Notes: generated by a model from the sequence alone, not told the origin. 64,000 bases of DNA from an uncultured Planctomycetales bacterium (GCA_964618455.1 CAZUAQ010000015.1:14319-78318), one strand, 5' to 3'; numbered from the stretch's first letter, positions 18,867-29,460 are shown. Program-made: numbers and translations.

Positions 18867-20825
18867 ATGACGCGAATCCTGCTAGTCACGACGGAAAGAG
18901 AACTGGCCGAGACTCTCCGCGAGATTGCCGGGGAGCAGGGTTGGGATCTGACGGTGATGAATGAGCCGCCACCGCCTGATGCCCCCAAGATGCACTTCCA
19001 TCTGGCCATTCTCGACCCCCGCCCTTATCCCGACAAGGACATCCGATTCGGCACGGGAGAGGGCATCATGATCCATCACTCGAGTCCGATCCAGGCTGAT
19101 CGCCTGGTCTTTGTCGGCAACTGGGAGAAGTACGTCGGTCGCATGAACTCCTACGTGACCGGGGCGAGCGGATACATCCGCATTCATCCGCCCGGTGGCC
19201 CCACGTATTACAAGCTCAAGGAAGTTCTGCTGGCAGGCATCCGGGACGCCCTGGCCATGCCGATTTATGAGGCGATCGATTTCCACGATCTCTTCCCCGA
19301 CCGCGAATTCTACCGCCAGGCCCTCGAAAGCATGCAGGTTCCCGTGCTGTTTCTGACCACGGACGGTGAGATTCGCCTCATGAACCTGCGCGCCCTGGCT
19401 TACTTCGACTATCCGACACACATGGTCATCCACCAGGACTGGAAGATGCTGATCTCCGAGGAGGATCGGGCGCATCGGGCGGATGACGTGCTCCGGCAGA
19501 TCAATTCCTGGTTCTATTATGAATGCACGCTTCGCTTCGTGGATCGCCACGGACGCGAGTTCCCCGCCATCGTGTCGAGCAGTCGCGTGTTCTCGAGCGA
19601 GGCGGTGGACTGCCCCCATCTCGTCCTGGCGATCTCGGATATGACGGAAACGGAAGAGTTACAGCGACAGATCAACCTGCTGCAGCGGATGGAATCCGTC
19701 GAACGCGTGGTGGCAGGAATGACGCACGAGTTCAACAATATTCTCACCGCCATCATGGGGCACGCCGAGTTGCTGGTCGAAGATCTTCCCCAGAAGACCG
19801 ACTCTCACCAGAGTGCGCATATCATCCGCCGCGAAGCGGAACGTGCCCGTCAACTCACGCAACGCCTGCTCGGGCTCTCCAGCCAGCGTCAGTTCGTCCC
19901 CACTCCGCTTTCCGTCAACGACCTGGTTCGTGAATCGGTCGCCCTGCTGAAGCCCACGTATGGTGAGCGGATCCACCTGCGCTGCCGTCTCACCGATCAG
20001 GAGGACATTGTCCGGGGGGACGTCGGATTGCTTCAACAGGTCCTCCTGAATCTCTGCCTGAACGCCCGGGACGCCATCGCCGGGACAGGCGAGGTCACGA
20101 TCGAAACGGCTCAGCGCGAGATGACCGGACCGGACTGCCGGTTTCAGCGTGATCGCTCACCAGGCATGTACCTCGAGATCTGCGTACGCGATACCGGGAG
20201 CGGCATGACCGTGGATACCATGGACCGCGTTTTTGAGCCGTTTTTCACCACGAAATTAGAGGGAGCCGGCTCGGGGCTGGGCATGTCCGTCGTTCACGGC
20301 ATTATCCGAAACCATGGCGGCCATGTGGACATCGAGTCCCAGATAGGCGAAGGAACCAGCGTGTTCGTGCGACTGCCGCTCTCGGAGGGCGATCCGATGC
20401 GGGGGACGGACGACGACGAACTGAAAGACTCCTCCCGGGACCTGAAAGGAACCGAGGAAATCCTTCTCATCGACGACGAGCGTAATATTCTGGCTTACTC
20501 CCAGCGCGTCTTGAGCCAACTTGGCTACACGGTCATCTGCGTCAGTTCGTCGGAACTGGCCCGCGACGCCTTCCACCAGCACCGAGACCGAGTTTCCCTG
20601 ATCGTCCTCGACCTGAGCATGCCGGGGATCAGCGGGCGTGAACTCCTGCGGGAATTCCGACATTACGAAAAGGAGATCCCGATCATCCTGGCCACGGGAT
20701 TCGCGCCCGGTGGAGTGGATGATGAACTGGTTGAGCAGGTGCAGGGATTCATCAAAAAGCCTTATCGTCCCCGCGAGTTGGCGGAACAGGTTCGCGAGGT
20801 GATTGATGCAGCCGAAACGTCCTGA
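18867..20825 (+). CDS. hybrid sensor histidine kinase (REC-like N-terminus, PAS, HisKA, HATPase, C-terminal receiver)
   Basis: H-box MTHEFNNILTAIMGHAELL. N/G boxes LNLCLNARDA and DTGSGM...GSGLGMSVVHG. C-terminal REC ILLIDDE...LIVLDLSMPGISG...KPY. Confidence 0.85.
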   Translation: MTRILLVTTERELAETLREIAGEQGWDLTVMNEPPPPDAPKMHFHLAILDPRPYPDKDIRFGTGEGIMIHHSSPIQADRLVFVGNWEKYVGRMNSYVTGASGYIRIHPPGGPTYYKLKEVLLAGIRDALAMPIYEAIDFHDLFPDREFYRQALESMQVPVLFLTTDGEIRLMNLRALAYFDYPTHMVIHQDWKMLISEEDRAHRADDVLRQINSWFYYECTLRFVDRHGREFPAIVSSSRVFSSEAVDCPHLVLAISDMTETEELQRQINLLQRMESVERVVAGMTHEFNNILTAIMGHAELLVEDLPQKTDSHQSAHIIRREAERARQLTQRLLGLSSQRQFVPTPLSVNDLVRESVALLKPTYGERIHLRCRLTDQEDIVRGDVGLLQQVLLNLCLNARDAIAGTGEVTIETAQREMTGPDCRFQRDRSPGMYLEICVRDTGSGMTVDTMDRVFEPFFTTKLEGAGSGLGMSVVHGIIRNHGGHVDIESQIGEGTSVFVRLPLSEGDPMRGTDDDELKDSSRDLKGTEEILLIDDERNILAYSQRVLSQLGYTVICVSSSELARDAFHQHRDRVSLIVLDLSMPGISGRELLREFRHYEKEIPIILATGFAPGGVDDELVEQVQGFIKKPYRPRELAEQVREVIDAAETS

Positions 20826-21106
20826 CTGCCGATAAAACTTGGTGAAGAAACGGGAACGGTTGCCTTCAGAGTAAGCAGTTCTCGCACGGACTTCTCAAAC
20901 TCTGGACGACCATGTTTTTTGAAAATGGGGTTGGAAGCTTATCACTTTCATATGCTTAGGCGAAAAATCGAGATTCATGGAAATGTCTGATATGCAGGCA
21001 TACAATATGCTGATAACAACGTTGCTCAGTCGTTATTGAGGGCTGATCAACGCAGGTTGAAAGGGATACGTTTCCTGATCAGCCTGTATATGGGACCACG
21101 AGCCTG

Positions 21107-21469
21107 GTGCAGGTAACTGACATGACGAACGACGATCATCACAACGGATATGACGAAACCACCTCCGGCAAGAGCGATTCCGGCACCCGAGAAGCGCCGG
21201 ACAGCAACACGTCGCAGAACAAGGCGGCTCGCGGGCTTCCCCCGTGGAAAGTCATTCTCCACAACGACGGGGGTAACGAATCCGTCGAGATGGTGAAGGC
21301 GGTTCGCCGATTGACGCCGCTGAGTTCCGAGCAGGCCACGAAATGCACGGAAGAAGTCAAGTCTTCCGGCAAATCAATCCTGCTGATCACGCACCAGGAG
21401 CGGGCGGAGTTGTACGTTGATCAGTTCGCCAGCTGCAAACTGACAGTGTCGATTGAACCCGACGCATAA
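21107..21469 (+). CDS. clpS: ATP-dependent Clp protease adaptor ClpS
   Basis: Core PPWKVILHNDGGNESVEMVKAVRRL...ATKCTEEVKSSGKSILLITHQERAELY matches the ClpS fold signature. The start is either GTG 21107 or ATG 21122. No clpA follows. Confidence 0.85.
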   Translation: MQVTDMTNDDHHNGYDETTSGKSDSGTREAPDSNTSQNKAARGLPPWKVILHNDGGNESVEMVKAVRRLTPLSSEQATKCTEEVKSSGKSILLITHQERAELYVDQFASCKLTVSIEPDA

Positions 21470-21514
21470 GCTTTCCGTTCACACATTGAAAACAGTCACA
21501 AATGTTAATCCCAA

Positions 21515-21540
21515 CCGCACCTTCGGGTGCGGTTTTTTTT
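21515..21540 (+). terminator. rho-independent terminator after clpS
   Basis: ccgcacc-ttcg-ggtgcgg hairpin, followed directly by T8 at 21533-21540. Confidence 0.8.
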
Positions 21541-21632
21541 GTGGTCACACGGGTTCCATCTCCGCCAGATACCATGGTTCCGTGTCTCACAATTCCATGC
21601 TTCATGCAACGTTGAACTGTGGCGGTTGGAAC

Positions 21633-23723
21633 CTATGGCGTCGTCGCGAGTTGAACGGCGGCATCCATGATCCTCACCCGTGAAGGCAGTACCGCCTGTT
21701 CCGCCGGTTTCGATGCCGGGATCGGGCAAGCGGCGGCGTGGACACGGGCCGTCGAAATCGCTCGCCCGGAGGACGCTGGCATGATTCCTGACGTCACGGA
21801 AGCTATCAGTTCTCCCCCCCATCCGCCGAAAGCCTGTCCCTCCTCGACGACCAGCAGGCGTCCGGTGCGTTCGAGTGATTCCACGATCGGCGCGGGATTC
21901 AGCGGGTAGAGTTGCGTCGGCAGGATCAGTTCGCAGGCCAGTTCCTCCTCGTTCCAAAGCTCCAGTGCCGCCTCTTCCAGCAGTGTCGCCGCTCCGCCGT
22001 AGGCCACGCAGGTCAACTGCGGTTCATCCGGAGGCCTGACGCGCACCGTCGGAAATGGCTCGTCCGTGATAAGGATCGACCAGCCCGGCGGAACTTCCGA
22101 AGTCGCATTCTGTGTGTAGAGCAACTTGTTTTCGATGAGCAGAGTCGGGCCATCGAGCTGTCCCGGCAGATGGCTGATGAATACTTGGGGGTCCAGCCGG
22201 TGATGGACAGCAAGAACGCGCGTGCCGGGAACGCCGATCAGATGTTTCTCCAGCGACTGGCTGTGCGTCGGGCCGTATCCGCGATAGCCGCCCATCGGGG
22301 TGCGAATCAACATCGGGACGCGGACCTGCCCATTGTACATCCAGGCGAACTTGGCAGCGTGATTCACCCACTGGTCGGCAGCCAGCATGAGAAAATCACC
22401 GAACATGATCTCCACGATCGGCCGCCACCCTTCGAGGGCGAGCCCAGTGGCCAGCCCGCAGATACCGGCTTCGCTGATAGGCGTGGAGAAGACGCGCTCG
22501 GGATAGGCCGTCGATAGCCCGGCGGTAACTTTGAACGCACCGCCATAGGGGTCCGCGATATCCTCCCCGATCATCAGGACGCGCCCGTCCTGCTGCATCG
22601 CTTCGCGCCAGCCGGCCCGCATTCCCTCGACGATGCGCTGCTTCGGAAAGGTGTACGGCTGCCAGCGGGGCGGATCATGTCCTCCATCTGACGTTCGTTC
22701 AATGCCGAGTGTGTCGGGCCGGGTGTATTCCGCGGCTTCGGCGAGCTGCACGGCGCGATCGAGACGCGCGTCGATGATCTCCAGCAGATGAGCGACGGAC
22801 GGATCTCCCTGCTCGATCAGTTGATTCAACGGATCGCGGTCAGCGTACTCCGCGGTCAGGCTGATCGGCCGATCGTCATCCCCTTTGGAGTGCGCCTTGA
22901 GACGGAACGTACGCACGTGAAGCATGCCCGGCAGGCGATCCTGCCGAACTTGCTCGATCGCTTGTCGGGCGCGGGCAAAGAGTTCCGCCGGATGCCACGT
23001 GTCTGCCTTGTGATACGCCACGTCAAACGCACGGGCACGGGCTTCGATGGATCCGGCAAGCGTCTGCTCCTGGTCCGTAGACTGGGCGATGCCGTTGTCC
23101 TCGACGACAAAGAGAAGTGGCAGTTCCCACTTGGAGACCAGATTCAGAGCCTCGTACACGACTCCCTCACCGAACGTGCCGTCGCCCAGGAAGACCGTGG
23201 CGATGCCGTCGGTTTGGCGAAGCTTGTGACTCATGGCCAGCCCGGCGGAGACGGGCACGATGCCCCCCTGCACGCCGTTGGAAAAGAATCCGTCGCGGCA
23301 CAGATGCTGGCTTCCGCCTCGGCCGCCGCATACGCCCGTGGACCGACCCATGATTTCGGCGATGAGTCCTTCCACGTCGTCGGTCCACGCAAGGTAGTGG
23401 CCGTGCCCCCGATGGTTGCTGAAGAGAAAGTCACCGCGGCGCAGCGCCGCGCACACCGCCACGGCGGACCACTCCTGACCGATGCATGTGTGTACGGTTC
23501 CGAAGAGCCGCCCCTCGCTGAACAGTTGAAGCAGGCGCTCCTCGGTCCGGCGAATGGTCAGTGCCTGGGTGATGACTTCGGGCGAGAGCGTCGCGCCGGC
23601 GGGTTCATGCCGATCGGCGGCCGACAACGAGGGGCTCTCTTCCCTTGTCTCGGCGGACGTCTTGTGCGATGGCGGCAACCGGCGCAATGCCGCTGACTTG
23701 CGTACGGAATCCAGAACATTCAT
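21633..23723 (-). CDS. fused E1 alpha/beta component of a TPP-dependent 2-oxoacid dehydrogenase
   Basis: The N-terminal half is E1-alpha-like (GTVHTCIGQEWSAVAV, GDGTFGEGVVYEALN). The C-terminal half is E1-beta-like (MIGEDIADPYGGAFKVTAGL, STPISEAGICGLATGLALEGWRPIVEIMFGDF). Start trimmed to MNVLDS...; the track ORF runs to within about 20 nt of the tRNA. Confidence 0.85.
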   Translation of the reverse strand: MNVLDSVRKSAALRRLPPSHKTSAETREESPSLSAADRHEPAGATLSPEVITQALTIRRTEERLLQLFSEGRLFGTVHTCIGQEWSAVAVCAALRRGDFLFSNHRGHGHYLAWTDDVEGLIAEIMGRSTGVCGGRGGSQHLCRDGFFSNGVQGGIVPVSAGLAMSHKLRQTDGIATVFLGDGTFGEGVVYEALNLVSKWELPLLFVVEDNGIAQSTDQEQTLAGSIEARARAFDVAYHKADTWHPAELFARARQAIEQVRQDRLPGMLHVRTFRLKAHSKGDDDRPISLTAEYADRDPLNQLIEQGDPSVAHLLEIIDARLDRAVQLAEAAEYTRPDTLGIERTSDGGHDPPRWQPYTFPKQRIVEGMRAGWREAMQQDGRVLMIGEDIADPYGGAFKVTAGLSTAYPERVFSTPISEAGICGLATGLALEGWRPIVEIMFGDFLMLAADQWVNHAAKFAWMYNGQVRVPMLIRTPMGGYRGYGPTHSQSLEKHLIGVPGTRVLAVHHRLDPQVFISHLPGQLDGPTLLIENKLLYTQNATSEVPPGWSILITDEPFPTVRVRPPDEPQLTCVAYGGAATLLEEAALELWNEEELACELILPTQLYPLNPAPIVESLERTGRLLVVEEGQAFGGWGGELIASVTSGIMPASSGRAISTARVHAAACPIPASKPAEQAVLPSRVRIMDAAVQLATTP

Positions 23724-23957
23724 GCCGGTGTTATCGGCAGAAAACCTTGGAAACCGGCACGGATTTCGCGACCCACCACGCCGGCCGAGGCAGCGAGGTT
23801 TGCCAGGGAGCCAGGCCGTGTCCGTCTCGCCTGATCGCCGGCATTGACGACTTACCGATGCTGACATAGATTCACGTGGATAATCCTGCGGAGCATACCC
23901 GAGCCGATGCCGACTCTCTGGACCGAGAAGGATCATCGGTTCAGTGGATGCGATTGT

Positions 23958-24045
23958 GGAGAGGTGTCCGAGTGGCTTAAGGAGCAGCCTTGGAAAGGCT
24001 GTGTACGGTTTATCCGTACCGCGGGTTCGAATCCCGCCCTCTCCG
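23958..24045 (+). tRNA. tRNA-Ser (anticodon GGA), long variable arm
   Basis: Hand-folded cloverleaf. Acceptor GGAGAGG/CCTCTCC. Anticodon stem CAGCC/GGCTG with loop TTGGAAA. 19-nt variable arm. T-arm GCGGG-TTCGAAT-CCCGC. Discriminator G. No encoded CCA. Confidence 0.9.
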
Positions 24046-24250
24046 TTTTATGAGGGAGCGATGCAACCAGAAGTAGCCCACCCCCAAGCGGTGGTGGACA
24101 TTTCAGGGGGAATCGACTAGGCTTGTATGCGTTCAGTGGTCGATATAGCCATTGGATCACTGCCAGGACCGATGGCTTTTCAGGCCGCAGCAAGCGGCCG
24201 CCGCACTCCCAGGCATCATCCAACTTCCCAACGATAAGAAAGTACACTCA

Positions 24251-25717
24251 ATGAAGTTTCATGATTTCGGGCTCGCCGAGCCCCTCCTCCGGGCCATCCG
24301 GGCCGAAGGCTACGAATCCCCTACCCCGATCCAGACCCAGGCCATCCCCCCGGCGATTGAAGGGCGCGACGTCCTCGGCTGCGCCCAGACCGGCACCGGC
24401 AAGACCGCCGCCTTCTCCCTGCCCGTCCTGCACCGGCTCGGGCCGGGAGGCCCACAGGGACGCTCCGGCGAGAATCGACGGCCGGGTGGGCCCTCGCGCC
24501 GGGGAGATCATCGTCGCGGCGGCGGTCGAAGGCAGGCCGACCGCGGGCCGGACCGTCCGATTCGCGCTCTCATCCTCGCGCCCACCCGTGAGCTGGCCGC
24601 CCAGATCGGCGAAAGCCTGGAGAGCTACAGCCGACACACCCGCCTGCGCCATACCGTCATCTTCGGCGGCGTCAGCCAGCGGGCGCAGACCAATACGCTG
24701 CGCAGTGGCGTGGACGTCCTCGTCGCCACACCCGGCCGCCTTCTGGATCTCATGCAACAGGGATTCATCGATCTCCGCCGGATCGAGATCCTCGTGCTCG
24801 ACGAGGCGGACCGCATGCTCGACATGGGGTTCATCCGCGACATTCGCAAAATCGTCGCCCAGATCCCCACGCAGCGACAGACGCTCATGTTCTCGGCGAC
24901 CATGCCGAAGGACATCCGCCAACTGGCCGATGCGATCCTGAATAGCCCAACGTACGTGCAGGTGGCGGCGGTGTCGTCGCCGATCGAATCGATCGAGCAA
25001 TCCGTGTACTTCATGGAGAAGCGCGAGAAGCTGACCGCGCTGAAATCCTTCCTTCGCGAACAGACCGTCCTGCGGGCGCTGGTCTTCGCACGGACCAAGC
25101 GCGGCGCCGATCGCATCGCGCGGGACCTGACGCGCGACGGCATCGAAGCCGAGGCGATTCACGGCAACAAGAGCCAGAACGCCCGCACCCGGGCCATGCG
25201 CAAGTTCAAGTCGAATTCGCCCCCGGTGCTCGTCGCCACGGACATCGCCGCGCGTGGGATCGATGTGGATGAAGTCTCGCACGTGTTCAACTACGAACTG
25301 CCCCACGAGCCGGAGACGTACGTGCACCGGATCGGCCGCACCGGCCGAGCAGGCGCGTCGGGCCTGGCCATCTCGTTCTGCGACAGCCAGGAACGTTCAC
25401 TGCTCCGCGACATCGAGCGGCTCATCCGCCGACGCGTTCCCACCGGTCCCGGGAGCAACAACGATTCCTCCCCGGACCCTGCCCCTGTCTCCGCGGCGAC
25501 GGCCACCCTCGAGCGAGGCTCTTCGCCACGGAAGTCGACGCGCCGGCCCACCCGCAGTCGTCCCTCAGGCAGAAAAGACAATGGCGGCTCGAGAAGAGCG
25601 GAGTTCGGTTCAGATGAGGGATCCAGGAGCGAATCCTCTCACCGACGTTCGTCCGGTCCGGGCAACCGCTCGCGCCGTCGGAATCGCCGCCGCAAGCCGG
25701 TCCTGAATCAAAGTTGA
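24251..25717 (+). CDS. DEAD-box ATP-dependent RNA helicase (RhlE-like) with RG-rich insertion and tail
   Basis: Q motif GYESPTPIQ. Motif I AQTGTGKT. Motif Ia APTRELA. Motif [28 protein letters not shown]. Start trimmed to MKFHDFGL. Confidence 0.9.
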   Translation: MKFHDFGLAEPLLRAIRAEGYESPTPIQTQAIPPAIEGRDVLGCAQTGTGKTAAFSLPVLHRLGPGGPQGRSGENRRPGGPSRRGDHRRGGGRRQADRGPDRPIRALILAPTRELAAQIGESLESYSRHTRLRHTVIFGGVSQRAQTNTLRSGVDVLVATPGRLLDLMQQGFIDLRRIEILVLDEADRMLDMGFIRDIRKIVAQIPTQRQTLMFSATMPKDIRQLADAILNSPTYVQVAAVSSPIESIEQSVYFMEKREKLTALKSFLREQTVLRALVFARTKRGADRIARDLTRDGIEAEAIHGNKSQNARTRAMRKFKSNSPPVLVATDIAARGIDVDEVSHVFNYELPHEPETYVHRIGRTGRAGASGLAISFCDSQERSLLRDIERLIRRRVPTGPGSNNDSSPDPAPVSAATATLERGSSPRKSTRRPTRSRPSGRKDNGGSRRAEFGSDEGSRSESSHRRSSGPGNRSRRRNRRRKPVLNQS

Positions 25718-25760
25718 GCAGGCACCGCGATTGCGGCTGCCGCCGTGGCGATCCTACGCG

Positions 25761-26606
25761 TCAGCGCGGCGGGATCTGCAGATCGTGATAGAGGATCTCT
25801 TCGCGGCCATCCCGATTGGCTTCGGCCAGCACGGCGCCGTCCGCCCCGTAGACGACGCAGCCGCCGGCGCAGTCGTAATCCCAGCTCTTGCCCACGCGGT
25901 TACTGACCAGCATCGGCGCGCCGATCCGCGCTGCCCGTTCGCCGAAGACTTTGATGGCGGGCAGCTTCTGGCGGTTGTTCGGATAGAACACCAACTCCGG
26001 TTGCATGCCCTGGACGCGATCGATGCATCGGGCGGATTCGCCGTCAGCGCAGATCATGCACGTGGCGGTGATTCCGTCGATCGTGAACAGTTCCGGCCCC
26101 GTCCCCGGATCGTAGCGTGCCCATTCGTCGCGATAGCCCTCGTCCTTCCGCTCCGGGAAAAGCCATGTCTTGCGGTAGCAGTGGATCAGCCCGGAAGGGC
26201 CGACGAACACCTGGCTGATGTAATAACGGTCGCCGTCGCGCTCCGATAACCCGAAGCTGATGACGCAGTCCAGTTCCCGGGCGAGCCGGATCATCGCCTG
26301 GCTGGCGGACCCTTCCGGCACCTCTTGCGCCAGCTCCGCCAGGCGCGGCGTGTAATCCGTCAGTGTCCCCTCGTGGAACATAATGATGCGTGCCCCGCCG
26401 GCCGCCGCCTCCCGCGCGAGACGTTCCATCTCCCGCAGGTTCCGCTCCGGCCGCTCCGCCACCGCATCAAACTGCACCAGCGCCACCCGCACTTCACGCT
26501 CCCGCTCCGATCGCCCCGTGTCGCGATCCGATTCCAGGCTCGCGCACGACGTGGCGAACATCAGCAGACATGCAGCAAGTGACGGCGTGATGCAGTACCT
26601 CAGCAT
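25761..26606 (-). CDS. carbon-nitrogen hydrolase (nitrilase superfamily) lipoprotein
   Basis: Lipoprotein signal ...LLMFATSC. VRVALVQFD...IIMFHEG (Glu context) and ...CMICADG (Cys context). Confidence 0.8.
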   Translation of the reverse strand: MLRYCITPSLAACLLMFATSCASLESDRDTGRSEREREVRVALVQFDAVAERPERNLREMERLAREAAAGGARIIMFHEGTLTDYTPRLAELAQEVPEGSASQAMIRLARELDCVISFGLSERDGDRYYISQVFVGPSGLIHCYRKTWLFPERKDEGYRDEWARYDPGTGPELFTIDGITATCMICADGESARCIDRVQGMQPELVFYPNNRQKLPAIKVFGERAARIGAPMLVSNRVGKSWDYDCAGGCVVYGADGAVLAEANRDGREEILYHDLQIPPR

Positions 26607-26814
26607 TTTTCATCTCCAAGGACGTGAGTCGGCTCAGAAGTCGAGTGTAAGCTATTCCATGATGGTGTTCCCACGTGGTCTCATGCACCATAGCCACACA
26701 AAGGGACTTCGTAGCAAAGAATTGCTCATGATTCAATGCGAACCGTTGGACGCCGGGCACAATGGACTCTATCTTGGTTCAACAGACTCGGTACCCTGAA
26801 GACAGGAAAGCGAC

Positions 26815-28002
26815 GTGAGCCGTATTGATCCGCCCAGCTATCCACCCCCGCCCCCACCGGGGTACGCTCCGCCTCCTCCGCCGCCGCGTCGACCGCGGCC
26901 GTCCGGCGTTTCGCGCGGGCTCGTGTTCGTGCTGGTCATCATCTGCTTCTACTTCGCCTTCCGGACATTCTTCGGCGGTTTCGGCCGCCCTGCTTCCACG
27001 CCGCGACCGGTCACACCGCGCGGCGACCTCGCCGCCGATGAGGAATCGACGATCAAGCTCTTCCAGGAGGCGTCCGATTGCGTGGTCTACATCACCAACG
27101 CCGCGCTGCAGCGCGGCTTCCGCGGCCTGAGCCTGCAGGAAATCCCCCAGGGGACGGGCTCGGGTTTCATCTGGGACAACGCCGGGCACATCGTCACGAA
27201 CTTTCACGTGGTGGCGGCGGCCAGCCAGGATCCCAACCGCAACAAGCTCAAGGTCACGCTGAGCAACCATACCACGTGGAACGCGCAGATCATCGGTGTC
27301 GAGCCGGACAAGGACCTGGCGGTGCTTCAGATCGCGGCGGATCCGAGCATGCTCCCGCCGATCCCGGTCGGTGAATCGAATAACCTGCTGGTCGGCCAGA
27401 AGGTCTTCGCCATCGGCAATCCTTTCGGGCTCGACCAGACGCTCACCACGGGGATCGTCAGCGCGCTGGGCCGGTCGATGCCGGCGATCACCGGGCGGAC
27501 GATCGAGGATCTCATCCAGACGGATGCCGCCATCAACCCCGGCAACTCGGGCGGGCCGCTGATGGACAGCGCGGGACGCTTGATCGGCGTGAACACTGCC
27601 ATCATCAGTCCGTCGGGCACCAGCGCGGGCATCGGCTTCGCCGTGCCGGTCGATACGGTGAACCAGGTCGTGCCGCAATTGATCCAGCACGGAAGGGTTA
27701 TCCGACCGCAGCTGGGCGTCTATCTCGCCCGGGAGGAAGTCCTGCGGCGGATGGATGAGCCCGGGGTCATGATCGGCAATGTCCAGGCCGACAGTGGCGC
27801 GGAGCAGGCAGGGCTTCGAGGGATGCAACAAGGTGAAGACGGGCTGATCCTCGGCGATATCATCCTGAAGATCGATGATGTCGAAGTGAATTCCCGTGAC
27901 GACATCCTGGATACGCTGGAACAGCGCAAGATCGGCGATACCGTCAAGGTGATGTACAAACGCGGCGAAGAAATCCAGGAAGTGGACGTCACACTCCAAT
28001 AG
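26815..28002 (+). CDS. htrA: HtrA/DegP-family serine protease with one PDZ domain, membrane-anchored
   Basis: Pro-rich N-terminus plus a TM segment. Triad contexts HIVTNFHVV, DKDLAVLQI and NPGNSGGPL. C-terminal PDZ (GDIILKIDDVEV). Confidence 0.9.
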   Translation: MSRIDPPSYPPPPPPGYAPPPPPPRRPRPSGVSRGLVFVLVIICFYFAFRTFFGGFGRPASTPRPVTPRGDLAADEESTIKLFQEASDCVVYITNAALQRGFRGLSLQEIPQGTGSGFIWDNAGHIVTNFHVVAAASQDPNRNKLKVTLSNHTTWNAQIIGVEPDKDLAVLQIAADPSMLPPIPVGESNNLLVGQKVFAIGNPFGLDQTLTTGIVSALGRSMPAITGRTIEDLIQTDAAINPGNSGGPLMDSAGRLIGVNTAIISPSGTSAGIGFAVPVDTVNQVVPQLIQHGRVIRPQLGVYLAREEVLRRMDEPGVMIGNVQADSGAEQAGLRGMQQGEDGLILGDIILKIDDVEVNSRDDILDTLEQRKIGDTVKVMYKRGEEIQEVDVTLQ

Positions 28003-28062
28003 CCGCAGAGCCCGGAATCGCGTGCCGCCTATGCCTGTCCTCATGAAGACACATCACGACGA

Positions 28063-29460
28063 ATGGATCTGATCACCGATATTCGCGTTCGCGAGGCGGC
28101 GGTTCGCTTTGACGAATTCGCTTTACGGACGCCGTTTGTTCTCAGTCACGGATCGATCACCCACCTCTGCCGGGCGACGGCGAAGGTACGCGTCGAGGAC
28201 GGTCACGGGCACTCCACCGAGGGACTCGGCATGATCTTTCTCAGCGATCTGTGGTCATGGCCGAGTACGAATGTGCCGTCCGCCGATCGTGTCCGGACGA
28301 TGCGGGCGATTTGTGAAGTGATGGCGGACGGGCTTCCGAACGCGGCGAATGAGCTCGCCCATCCGTTCGAGCACGGCCTCCACCTGGCGGAGACGTACGT
28401 CCCGTACATCACGAAACCCGCGGCGCGCGTGATGCGACTGCCCGAAGACGTGCCGCACCTGGCGGGGATGGTCTGCTTCTCGCCCTTCGACGCGGCCATG
28501 CACGATGCTTACGGCATGCTGCACGGGTGCAGTTCCTACGACACACTGAACCCGGCGTTGCTGCCCGATACGCTGGAGCGCTGGCTCGGCGAGGCGGGCG
28601 AGTCACGACACCTCAGCGAGTTCATCCGACGATCACCGGATTCGCGCCAGTTCGGCTGGCACGTCATCGGCGTACACGATGCACTGACGCCGGCCGATGT
28701 GAGCAACCCGACGCCGGATGAGCTGCCGGACTGCGTCGAGGGATGGATCGAGCGTGAAGGGGTGTTCGGCTTCAAGCTGAAGATCACCGGCACGCAGCCG
28801 GAAGCGGATGCCGCGCGCACTGCCGAGGTGTACCGCCTGGCACAGGCAACACATCCAAAGTTGAGCGAGCCGGCATCGATACGTCTCGAAGTGGATGCCA
28901 ATGAAGCGTACCCAACCGCCGAAGTCGTGGTTGAGTATCTTCAGAAACTGCGCGACATCTCGCCTGAAGCCTACGGCGCTCTGCAGTTCCTGGAGCAGCC
29001 CGTTTCGCGCGATGCCGATCCTTCAGCGATGGACCTTCGTGCCGTTTCCGCGCTGAAGCCGGTATTCGTCGACGAAGGGATGACATCGTATCGCATGCTG
29101 CCGCGCCTCGAGCAGGCCGGGTGGAACGGGATCGCGCTGAAGACCTGCAAAGGGCACAGTTTCGCGCTGCTGAGTGCGGCGTGGTGCGATTTGCGCGGCT
29201 GGCCGTACGCGATGATGGACCTGACCAACCCCGGTTTGGCGGTCGTGCATGCGGCGGTGCTTGCCGGCCACCTGAACTCCTGTTCCGGGATCGAACTCAA
29301 CTGCCGCCAATATGCCCCGGACGCCCTTGGCGAGATCTCTGAACACCTCCCGGGTCTGGCACGTATGACCGATGGATATTTCGACTTTACAATGTCTGAC
29401 ATCCGGGGGCTCGGTTATCCCGCCGCCATGCGAAAGCGGATGATCTCGCTGTTCGACTGA
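28063..29460 (+). CDS. enolase-superfamily enzyme (mandelate racemase/muconate-lactonizing or dipeptide-epimerase-like)
   Basis: KxK motif FGFKLKITG. Metal-ligand contexts LEVDANEAY, FLEQP and FVDEG. General-base context LKTCKGH. The specific function cannot be assigned. Confidence 0.6.
   Translation: MDLITDIRVREAAVRFDEFALRTPFVLSHGSITHLCRATAKVRVEDGHGHSTEGLGMIFLSDLWSWPSTNVPSADRVRTMRAICEVMADGLPNAANELAHPFEHGLHLAETYVPYITKPAARVMRLPEDVPHLAGMVCFSPFDAAMHDAYGMLHGCSSYDTLNPALLPDTLERWLGEAGESRHLSEFIRRSPDSRQFGWHVIGVHDALTPADVSNPTPDELPDCVEGWIEREGVFGFKLKITGTQPEADAARTAEVYRLAQATHPKLSEPASIRLEVDANEAYPTAEVVVEYLQKLRDISPEAYGALQFLEQPVSRDADPSAMDLRAVSALKPVFVDEGMTSYRMLPRLEQAGWNGIALKTCKGHSFALLSAAWCDLRGWPYAMMDLTNPGLAVVHAAVLAGHLNSCSGIELNCRQYAPDALGEISEHLPGLARMTDGYFDFTMSDIRGLGYPAAMRKRMISLFD

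Noticed and set aside
23724-23936. N-terminal 71-aa extension of the E1 ORF reaching to within about 20 nt of the tRNA-Ser
   Set aside because: The extension is R/S/C-rich with no homology expectation. The E1-alpha similarity begins after MNVLDS, so the start was trimmed to 23723.
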